Source: Chloroherpetonaceae bacterium
Lineage (GTDB): Bacteria; Bacteroidota; Chlorobiia; Chlorobiales; Thermochlorobacteraceae
Reading direction: 5' to 3'
Length of the DNA: 64,000 bases
Assembly: GCA_046292465.1 (NCBI GenBank)
Contig: JBKBRB010000012.1
Coordinates: 7,282-71,281 of the forward strand
Shown: positions 38,698 through 47,600 of the stretch, piece after piece
Position numbering within the stretch: the first letter of the stretch is position 1
How the letters are laid out: each line of letters opens with the position of its first letter
Made by a program: the position numbers and the translations under genes
The notes under the pieces: model-generated
What the model was told of the DNA's origin: nothing
Seen by the model: the letters and a program-made list of their open reading frames with translations, nothing else
Databases searched by the model: none

Positions 38698-39651
38698 ATG
38701 AACGAATCCGAACTTCTTGGCGAAAAGCCTTATCCGTTCAAGTCGGGCTATGCGTGCATTGTGGGCGAGCCAAATGCAGGCAAATCGACATTGCTCAACG
38801 CCGCTCTCGGTCAAAAACTTTCTATCGTTACGCCAAAGCCTCAAACCACGCGCAAGCAAATTGTCGGCATTTTCACCGATGAACGCGGAGAGCGTCCGTG
38901 CCAGATTGTTTTTATCGATACGCCCGGCGTCATGAAGCCGAAGTATAAACTTCACAAAGCGATGCTCAAATTTGCCGACACTGCCATTAGCGACGCTGAT
39001 GTGGTTATTCTGATTATTGATGCAAAACGCTATCACGATGAAAATCGCACGCTCCAAACCGACCTTGCCTTTCAGCGCATTGCCAGCAGTTCAAAGCCGA
39101 AGGTTTTAGTGATGAACAAAATTGACTTGCTTCGCAAGGAAGATGTGTTGCCGTTGCTCGGTCGGCTTTCCCAAGAAGCCTCGTTTAGCGAGATAGTGCC
39201 GCTTTCTGCAATCAAATCGTTCAATTTAACGGAACTGATTAAAGCCATTTATCCCTATTTGCCGCACGATGCGCCGCTGTATCCAACGGATATTTTGAGC
39301 ACTGCGCCTGAACGCTTTTTTGTGAGCGAACTTATTCGAGAAAAAATTTTCAAGCAGTTCAGCGAGGAAATTCCGTATTCGACGGAGGTCGTCGTAGAAT
39401 CGTTTGAGGAAAACTTTGAGAAGAATCCGAAGCGAAAAGATGTGATTCGGTGTGCGATTGTCGTCGAGCGCGACTCTCAAAAGGCGATTTTAATTGGCGA
39501 AGGTGGCTCGGCAATTCGCAAAATTGGCGAAACGGCGCGTCGTGAAATTGAAGCCTTTTTACAACGCCCAGTGTTTCTTGAACTCTTCGTTAAGGTGCGC
39601 GAAAATTGGCGCGAGCGCGACCAGCAACTGCGCGACTTCGGTTACCAATAG
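38698..39651 (+). CDS. era: GTPase Era
   Basis: [27 protein letters not shown]-terminal KH domain. Start set to ATG 38698. Confidence 0.95.
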   Translation: MNESELLGEKPYPFKSGYACIVGEPNAGKSTLLNAALGQKLSIVTPKPQTTRKQIVGIFTDERGERPCQIVFIDTPGVMKPKYKLHKAMLKFADTAISDADVVILIIDAKRYHDENRTLQTDLAFQRIASSSKPKVLVMNKIDLLRKEDVLPLLGRLSQEASFSEIVPLSAIKSFNLTELIKAIYPYLPHDAPLYPTDILSTAPERFFVSELIREKIFKQFSEEIPYSTEVVVESFEENFEKNPKRKDVIRCAIVVERDSQKAILIGEGGSAIRKIGETARREIEAFLQRPVFLELFVKVRENWRERDQQLRDFGYQ

Positions 39652-39762
39652 TTCCCATCGAGAAATTGGTTTTCAGCCGACATTTCATTTTATTCCGAAA
39701 ATTTTTCCCCTGCATTTTCTGTTTTCATTCGTATATCAACAACACAACAAACGAACTGATCG

Positions 39763-41973
39763 ATGCTTACGCAGATTGAAGAAGAACATTATGTCAAATT
39801 AGATGAGTTAATTTCGCTCTGTCGGAAACGCTTGCGCAAGTGCGATGAGGATTTAATCCGCCGAGCATTTTTCCTTTGCTACCGAGCGCATAGTGCGGAA
39901 AAACGCGCGTCGGGCGAGCCGTATTTTTATCACCCCGTAGAAGTCGCGCGCATTATGTTGGAAGAAATTCCGCTTGATGATGTTTCCGTCGCCGCCGCGC
40001 TTTTGCACGATGTTGTTGAAGACACCGACTACACGCTCGACGATTTGCGCGATGAATTTGGCAACGATGTCGCCCGACTGGTCGAAGGGCTAACGAAAAT
40101 TTCGGGCATCTTTGCCAATCGCGAAATCAAAGAGGCGGAAAGTTTCCGCAAAATGTTGCTTTCGATGATTGACGACATTCGCGTCATTCTCATCAAGTTC
40201 TGCGACCGATTGCACAACATGCGCACGCTCGATGCGCTTCCGCCGCACCGCCAAGTGAAAATTGCCACCGAAACACGCGACATCTACGCACCGTTTGCTC
40301 ATCGCTTCGGTTTGGGGAAAATCAAAATTGAACTCGAAAACCTTGCTCTCAAATATCTTGACCGTGAAGCCTACGAAGACATTTCAGCGCGCCTTGCCCT
40401 GACGCGCACTGAACGAATTGCGTTCTTGGAGAAAATTTCACTCCCAATCCAAAAAGAACTCACGCAACGCGGCTTCAAATTCACCATCGAGCGCCGACCA
40501 AAGCACATCTTTTCCATCTATAACAAGATGCGCCAGCAAAACAAAGCATTTGAAGAGATTTATGACATTTACGGACTTCGTGTGATTTTAGACACCGATA
40601 ATTCTTCCGACTGCTTCGGTGCTTACGGCTACATCACGCAAATTTATCAGCCTGTTCCAGAACGCTTCAAGGACTACATTTCAGTGCCGAAACACAACGG
40701 CTATCAATCGCTTCACACCACGGTGATTGTTCCCGGCGGCAAGATGGTCGAGATTCAAATTCGCACGCGCAAAATGCACGAGTTTGCCGAAAGTGGGATT
40801 GCTGCACATTGGCGATACAAAGAAAAAGTAACATCTGCCGATGAAGGGATTGATGAACTGATTAAGTGGGCACGTGACCTTGTCAATAATGCCAATACGG
40901 CACGAGACTTCATGGAAGGCTTCCGCCTGAACTTGTATCAAGACGAGATTTATGTTTTTACACCAAAAGGCGACATGAAAGTGCTTCCAGCAGGCGCTAC
41001 AGCCTTGGACTTTGCCTTTGAGATTCATACCGAAGTGGGCTCAAAGTGTATTGGTGCGAAAATCAACGGCAAAATGGTTAGCCTGCAAACTCGCTTGAAA
41101 TCAGGCGACCAAGTCGAGATTCTCACTTCAAAGAATCAAACCCCAAAAGCCGATTGGGAAAAATTCGTCGTAACGCACAAGGCGAAACTGAAAATCAAAC
41201 AGTTCCTCAATGAAACGCGCCGCAAAGAAATCGAAGAAGGGCGAAACATTTGGAACAAACTCGTCTCCAAAACCAAGCGTCTGTTTTCAGACAGCGATTT
41301 GGTTAAACTTGCACGATTCCATGGGCTTCCAACGCCCGCCGATTTCTTCCGCGCACTCGGCGCAAAAGAAATTGATAGCGAAAAGGTGCTCGATCATATC
41401 GAGCCGAAATCAGAGCCGAAGCCCGAAGCCAAACCTGAAAATCGCAACGGCGTGCCACCCGTTACCGCCGACGACTTTGCACGACAAGCTCGCGAAGTTC
41501 ACGGCTTAAAAGCCGATAACTCGAGCGACGCCGTCGTCATTTCAGGACTTTCTAACGTCGCCCATAGCTACGCCAAATGCTGTAACCCCGTCCCAGGCGA
41601 CGATGTGATTGGGCTTGTAACCGCAGGCGGCACGGTGAAGATTCATCGTAGAAATTGCGTCAATGTCAATAATGAGCAAATCCTCAAAAGCCCAAAAGTG
41701 GTTACAGTTCAGTGGAAAGCGACTTCTTCAAACGACTTCCTCGCCGGCTTGCGCATTTATGGCGAAGACAAAATCGGCATGACCAACGAAATCACACAAG
41801 TCATCGTAAAATCTGACATCAACATTCGCTCCATTTCGCTTAACGCCAAAGACGGCATCTTTGAAGGCACGGTCATTCTTTATGTCAAAAACATTGAGCA
41901 CCTGCAGCGCGTTGTCGAGCGCATCAAAAAAGTAGAAGGCGTTTTCACCGTCGAGCGATTCTCAAACAATTAA
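39763..41973 (+). CDS. rel: Bifunctional (p)ppGpp synthetase/hydrolase (RelA/SpoT homolog)
   Basis: HD hydrolase motif (LLHDVVEDT), synthetase YQSLHTTV, plus TGS and ACT regions. 736 aa. Confidence 0.95.
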   Translation: MLTQIEEEHYVKLDELISLCRKRLRKCDEDLIRRAFFLCYRAHSAEKRASGEPYFYHPVEVARIMLEEIPLDDVSVAAALLHDVVEDTDYTLDDLRDEFGNDVARLVEGLTKISGIFANREIKEAESFRKMLLSMIDDIRVILIKFCDRLHNMRTLDALPPHRQVKIATETRDIYAPFAHRFGLGKIKIELENLALKYLDREAYEDISARLALTRTERIAFLEKISLPIQKELTQRGFKFTIERRPKHIFSIYNKMRQQNKAFEEIYDIYGLRVILDTDNSSDCFGAYGYITQIYQPVPERFKDYISVPKHNGYQSLHTTVIVPGGKMVEIQIRTRKMHEFAESGIAAHWRYKEKVTSADEGIDELIKWARDLVNNANTARDFMEGFRLNLYQDEIYVFTPKGDMKVLPAGATALDFAFEIHTEVGSKCIGAKINGKMVSLQTRLKSGDQVEILTSKNQTPKADWEKFVVTHKAKLKIKQFLNETRRKEIEEGRNIWNKLVSKTKRLFSDSDLVKLARFHGLPTPADFFRALGAKEIDSEKVLDHIEPKSEPKPEAKPENRNGVPPVTADDFARQAREVHGLKADNSSDAVVISGLSNVAHSYAKCCNPVPGDDVIGLVTAGGTVKIHRRNCVNVNNEQILKSPKVVTVQWKATSSNDFLAGLRIYGEDKIGMTNEITQVIVKSDINIRSISLNAKDGIFEGTVILYVKNIEHLQRVVERIKKVEGVFTVERFSNN

Positions 41974-41997
41974 ACTCACTTGCCTCTTTTTATACAG

Positions 41998-42020
41998 ACG
42001 CGCTTGTGATGCGCGTTTGT
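41998..42020 (+). terminator. Possible terminator after rel
   Basis: ACGCGC-ttgtgat-GCGCGT followed by TTGT. The U-tract is short. Confidence 0.4.
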
Positions 42021-42058
42021 ATGTTCAGTTGCATTTTTCCAATCAACCATCAATCACA

Positions 42059-43759
42059 ATGAGCAACCACGCCTCTGTCTCTTCAAAACCGAAAACCGAC
42101 CTTGAAATCGCTCGCGAAATTCCACTCAAACACATCAACACGATTGCGGAAAAACTTGGCGTTTCGCCTGACGACCTCGAGCATTACGGCAAACACAAAG
42201 CCAAATTGCCACTTCACCTCATTGATGAAGCCAAACTCAAACGGTGCAAGTTGATTCTCGTTTCTGCCATTACGCCAACGCCCGCAGGCGAAGGCAAAAC
42301 CACAACCACCATCGGCTTAACCGAAGGTTTAAACCGCTTGAAGAAAAAAGCCACTGCCGTTCTGCGTGAGCCTTCGCTCGGTCCTGTCTTCGGAATCAAA
42401 GGCGGCGCAACCGGTGGCGGCTACGCACAAGTCGTGCCAATGGAAGACATCAACCTGCACTTCAACGGCGATTTCAGCGCAGTTGAAAAAGCCAATAACC
42501 TGCTCGCCGCGCTCATCGATAACAACATTCAAAACAAGAAAAATACGCTCGGCATTGATTCGCGTACCGTGCGATGGAAGCGATGCATGGATATGAACGA
42601 CCGCGCCTTGCGCAAAATCATCGTCGGACTCGGCGGCAAGAACGGTGGCTATCCACGCGAAACAGGCTTCGATATCACCGCCGCTTCGGAGGTGATGGCG
42701 ATTCTCTGCATGTCGCAAAGCCCCGAACACTTGAAGGAAAAACTTGGCAACATCTTCGTCGGCTACACCAAAGAAAAAAAGCCCGTCTTCGCGCGCGATT
42801 TGAAAGCCGAAGGCTCTATGGCAGTGCTCCTCAAAGACGCCATCAAACCCAATCTCGTTCAAACGCTCGAAGGTAATCCTGCTATTATTCACGCAGGACC
42901 GTTTGCCAACATTGCGCAAGGCACGAATACCATTCTCGCCACGAAAATGGGCATGAGCCTTTCAGATTACGCTGTAACCGAAGCAGGATTCGGATTTGAT
43001 TTGGGCGGCGAAAAATTTCTCAATATCAAATGCGGCTATGCAGGCATTGCGCCTGATGCGGTCGTGATTGTTGCTACCGTTCGCGCACTCAAATATCACG
43101 GCGGCGTTGGCTTGAAAGAACTTAAATCGCCAAATGTGGAAGCCGTCAAGAAAGGCTTTGCAAATTTGGAAAAGCATTTGGAAAATGCGCGCAAGTTTAA
43201 CCTCTCACCTGTTGTGGCTATCAATCGCTTTCCGACCGACACAGAAGAAGAATTGCAAACCGTCAAAGCCCTTTGCCAAAGCATCGGCGTGAAAGCCTCT
43301 ATTTCAGAAGTCTGGGCAAAAGGTGGCGAAGGCGCATTAGAACTTGCAGAGTTTGTGCTTGACGAAATCGAGAACAAGCAAGAAAACTTCAAACCGCTCT
43401 ACGATTGGAATTGGAGCGTTGAACAGAAAATTGAAACCGTTGCCAAAGAAATTTATGGTGCCGCCGATGTGCAATACAGCGCGCAAGCCAAAACTGACTT
43501 GAAAGTCATTTCTGAACTCGGCTTCGATAAACTGCCAATTTGCATTGCCAAAACGCAAAAGTCGCTTTCTGACAACGAAGCCCTTATCGGCAGACCGCAA
43601 GGCTTTACGCTCACGGTTCGCGAAATTGAAATTGCATCGGGCGCAGGATTTCTCGTGCCTATCACAGGTGACATGATGCGCATGCCCGGCTTGCCTGAAT
43701 CGCCTGCCGCCGAAATGATTGATATCGACAAAAATGGTGTGATTTCAGGACTCTTCTAA
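42059..43759 (+). CDS. fhs: Formate-tetrahydrofolate ligase
   Basis: PTPAGEGKTTTTIGL, the GGGYAQV and EAGFGxDLGxEKF motifs. Start set to ATG 42059. Confidence 0.95.
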   Translation: MSNHASVSSKPKTDLEIAREIPLKHINTIAEKLGVSPDDLEHYGKHKAKLPLHLIDEAKLKRCKLILVSAITPTPAGEGKTTTTIGLTEGLNRLKKKATAVLREPSLGPVFGIKGGATGGGYAQVVPMEDINLHFNGDFSAVEKANNLLAALIDNNIQNKKNTLGIDSRTVRWKRCMDMNDRALRKIIVGLGGKNGGYPRETGFDITAASEVMAILCMSQSPEHLKEKLGNIFVGYTKEKKPVFARDLKAEGSMAVLLKDAIKPNLVQTLEGNPAIIHAGPFANIAQGTNTILATKMGMSLSDYAVTEAGFGFDLGGEKFLNIKCGYAGIAPDAVVIVATVRALKYHGGVGLKELKSPNVEAVKKGFANLEKHLENARKFNLSPVVAINRFPTDTEEELQTVKALCQSIGVKASISEVWAKGGEGALELAEFVLDEIENKQENFKPLYDWNWSVEQKIETVAKEIYGAADVQYSAQAKTDLKVISELGFDKLPICIAKTQKSLSDNEALIGRPQGFTLTVREIEIASGAGFLVPITGDMMRMPGLPESPAAEMIDIDKNGVISGLF

Positions 43760-44574
43760 TGAAAACAGATAAACTCGTTTATCTTCTCTTACAATTTGCG
43801 CCGGAAAGTTTTTTCTCGCTGATTGGCAGAGCCGAGTCAGAGGCAGAAGACTACGAATTCAAATCCATCGAGCTGAAAGAAACGTCGTTTCGGCTCGATG
43901 GCGTTTTCACGCCAAGAAACAAAACGGACATTACGTATTTCGTCGAGGCACAATTTCAACTCGATGAAGACTTTTACGCGCGCTTTTTCGCCGAGATTTT
44001 TTTGTATCTGAAACAGTATCGTGCGAAGAAATGGCGCGCTGTTGCGATTTATCCTTCCCGAAGCGTTGAACAACGCTCGTTCGACGGCTACGCAGAACTG
44101 CTTGAAACAGGATTAGTTTTGCGCGTATATTTGGACGAACTACCAAGCCTTGACACGGTCAGTAAAAATGTTGGGCTTTTCAAGTTGCTGGTTGCACCAG
44201 AAAAACAAGCACCGAGTATTGCCAAAATGCTTGTTCAAGACGCAACCTTGACACAGGTCAACCTAATTGAGCAAATCGTTTCATACAAGTTTCCCAAACT
44301 TACACGAGAGGAGGTCAAATCTATGCTGGGCATACAGGAAGAACTTTTGAAAGATACACAGTTCTACAAAGACATCTACAACGAAGCCCGTAAGGAAATT
44401 TATGAGCAGGCTAAAAAAGAAGGACTGAAAGAAGGCTTCGCAAAAGGGATTAACAAAGGCGAGATTGAAGGCAAACTTTCAACCGTGCCGATTTTTCGCA
44501 AGTTAGGTCTTTCCGACGAAGCGATTGCCGAAACCTTGAACTTGCCGTTAGACTCAATAAAGAGCGTGCGTTGA
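43759..44574 (+). CDS. Rpn-family recombination-promoting nuclease / putative transposase (PD-(D/E)XK, DUF2887/DUF4351-like), paralog 1
   Basis: MKTDKLVYLLLQ..., FRLDGVF...YFVEAQFQ (D...ExQ nuclease motif), and a C-terminal helical tail. The ATG overlaps the fhs stop (TAATG). Confidence 0.7.
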   Translation: MKTDKLVYLLLQFAPESFFSLIGRAESEAEDYEFKSIELKETSFRLDGVFTPRNKTDITYFVEAQFQLDEDFYARFFAEIFLYLKQYRAKKWRAVAIYPSRSVEQRSFDGYAELLETGLVLRVYLDELPSLDTVSKNVGLFKLLVAPEKQAPSIAKMLVQDATLTQVNLIEQIVSYKFPKLTREEVKSMLGIQEELLKDTQFYKDIYNEARKEIYEQAKKEGLKEGFAKGINKGEIEGKLSTVPIFRKLGLSDEAIAETLNLPLDSIKSVR

Positions 44575-44608
44575 ACTGCGCACACTCGTTAATGAAAAAA
44601 TCTTTGAG

Positions 44609-47600
44609 TTACTTCTCGCCAACAACCAATCGCGCCGTGCCGGTTCTGCCAAACACTTCGGGCTGATACATTTTTTCGGCGGTGCTCGGCGGCATGGTGA
44701 ATGTGCCGTAGGTTGTAGCGCGTGCGAAGTAAGTGAAGGTATGCACGCCGCGCCCAAGCCGTTCAGCAAAGAGCGTTACACGCTCATCTCTAAGCTCGAT
44801 GTGGTCAAAGGTGTAGGACGGTGTTCCGCTTTCTTCATCATATCCTTCGCCTTCGGCTTGCATTGGCATACCACCCAGAGAGCCCGATGTTTTCAGCGTT
44901 GGGTTAATAGCTTCCAACCCTGCCGCGAGCGCGTCGTTAATCGCCACGAAATTCATCTCTTCCGCAACGGCAATTTGCAAAGTAATTTTCACTATCTCGC
45001 CTGCTTTTACTGAACCGTCTTTGCTCGTGCCCGAAAGCGGCTCAATTTTTTTAGAAAGTGCAATACCATTGTCTCGCGGCTCGAGCGCATAGGTTGGGAA
45101 ATAGGCAAGGCGAATCCCGTAATAAAGTTTGCCGGTGCCACTCTTTTCAATGTTGAGCGCAAGATTTTCACCTTTGGCGAACTTCTCCAATCCTGTCTCC
45201 TGAACTTTCACATCAAGCGTGCGACCTTTGAACGATTGCACGAGCAAGGGTTGCGAGGCAAGCATAATTTTTGCCGAGAAATTCGGCTCTTGGCTTTCAT
45301 ACTTTTTGAAATAAAGGTTAAGGGCTTCGAGCGCGAAGATGTTCTCTTGCGTATTGCTCCAGCGTCCGTTCTTCTGCGAAGCGAGTAGCCAATTAACGGC
45401 TTTTTCAGCAAAGGTTTTGTCTTGATTGGCTTCCATCAAAGCGGAAAGGGCGGCGGCAGTCGTTTTCACATTCGAGCCGAATGTCCAAGTGTAATCTTGC
45501 TCTGTGCCATCTTCAAAATGAACGGTCGCTTCTTGCACTTTCGCCATGTTCATGAGTTCGCGTGCGAGCGTTTCGGCGCGTTCAGACGCATTACTGCCGA
45601 ACTTGATTTTGCCTTTAGATTTTGAAGCCAAGAGCGGCGTGCCTTGTCGCGCATACACACGAAGCAAATAGGCCTTCGCTTCTGCTGAAAGTCTTGAGCG
45701 TTCACGATAAAGCCCTTCCGCCGCTGACGCATTGAACTCACCTGCGATTGCAAGCACATAAAGCGCGTAGGCTTTTGTTACCGACATCGCACGAAATCCG
45801 TAAGTTGACTCGTTGGCTTTGTTCAGCACCGTGCGCAAATAGTTCAATCCATTTCGCAAAACCGTTTCATCAACATCGTAGCCTGCCTCGTTGGCTTTGA
45901 GCATGGCGTAAGTCGCATAGACCGACACATAATCGTTTGGTTGATAGCCACCTTGCCAATAAGCAAATCCGCCGCTGTAAGTTTGATACTTTTCAAATTC
46001 TGCCAATGTCGTTTCCACAACGGCTTTGATGTCACCTTTGGCTGTATCGGCTTGCGTTTTCAGGTTGAAGGACGAGATAAGGTCATTTGCGACGATATAC
46101 GGCAAAACTCTCGACGCCTTTTGCTCCAAACATCCAAACGGATACTCAAACACATAGCGCGCCGCTTCGCGTAAGCCCACGAGTGCTGTTGCTGACGCTT
46201 GCGCCGTTACATCGCCCAAATTTGGATAAGAATTTTTTGGAATGCGCACCGTCTCGGAAACGCTCAACTCCGTTGAGCCAACAAGCGCAAGCACTTCTTT
46301 GACGTAAGGCGTTTGAATTTGAATCGTGGTTTTCAAGGCATCGCGATTGCCTGCATCGCTTTCAGCCGCAAATGCAAACTCGGCTTTGCCTTCCGCTTCG
46401 GCTTCGAACTTGAATCGAACTTCTTTGGACTCGTTGGCATTAAGCGAAACGCTTTTCGTTAAATCGCCGACGGATTTAATTCCACTTGCCGATACGCTCA
46501 CTTTGACGCTCGTTTTTTGATTCGTGTAATTGCTTACGGTTACGCCGGCTTCGAACTTATCGCCAATGCGCGCAAATCGTGGCAGAGCCGCAATCATGGT
46601 GAGCGGTTGATTGACGAGAACATCGGCTTGCGCTTTTCCAAAGGCTTCGACGGTGCTTGCCGACGCCATCAAGCGGAAAGTTGTGAGGTTATCAGGCAGT
46701 TTGAAAGTGATTTTCGCTTTGCCATTTGCGTCTGTAATCATCGACGGATTCCAATACGGCGTGGTAATCATGTTCTGTCGGAACGCATAGCCACCGGTGC
46801 CTTCGCCGCCTTTATCGCCGCCACGCGCTTCGCCCTTTTCGCCGTAGTTGCGTTGCTCGACAAGGTGCAAGAGACTTTGCGAAGTTTTCACGCCTAAGCC
46901 GCGCTCGCGATAAAAGGTCTCAAACGCATCAGGAAGGGTGTAGCCGATAAGGTTCAAGACGCCGGCATCGACTGCGGCAAGCGCAACTTCACTTCTCACG
47001 CCTTTGCCTTTCGCATCGGTTACTTCAAGTTCTGCCTCGAGCGTTTCACCTGCGCGAAACTCTTTTTTGTTCGGCGTTATGCGAACTTGCAACCTGCGCC
47101 CTGTTGCTTCAATGGAAAGTTTGGCATAGCCGATTTTGAACGACGGCTTGCCTAAATCGCTCTCGCCTGTTTTCGGCAGTGAGGTTCTGCCTTTGGTGAG
47201 CATTACAGAAACGTAAATGTTCGGCAAATACTCTTCCTTGATGGGAATTTCAATCGCAGGGGCTGTGCCTTTGAGTTCAAAGACTTTATGCTCTAAAATG
47301 CCTTCGCGCTCAATGGTGAGCAATGCGGTGGCGGTTTCGTAAGGCGATTGAACCAGAATTGTGGCGGTTTCGTTTGGCTTGTAAGTTTTCTTGTTGGGTG
47401 TGAGTATGAGGCGGTCGTCGTCGGAGCGTTCCCAAGCTGAGTAGCCACTGCCGTAGGCGTAGGTGTAGGCTTCGCTTCGCGCCGTATTGCCTTTGGAATC
47501 TTTCGCTGTTGCTTTGATGAAATAAAGTCCCGCGCCTTTGATGGGAGCGTTGAAACTCACAGTGCCTGACTCTTTTGTAGAGACTTCGGTTTTGAAAATC

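Noticed and set aside
38623-39057. N-terminal 145-aa extension of the RodA/FtsW ORF. The same issue applies to 9197..9433 on the DUF885-like ORF.
   Set aside because: The extensions overlap the well-supported divergent genes era and the deaminase gene, and contain no membrane or domain features. Internal ATGs give proteins that begin where the homology begins.
41974-42058. A ZTP or THF riboswitch upstream of fhs, and a Moco riboswitch upstream of moaA (34881-35027)
   Set aside because: These genes often carry such leaders. However, neither spacer contains the conserved cores I remember for those classes (for example GGGUCGUGACUGGCG...CCGCCUGGGCA for ZTP). The fhs leader is only about 85 nt and is mostly the rel terminator.
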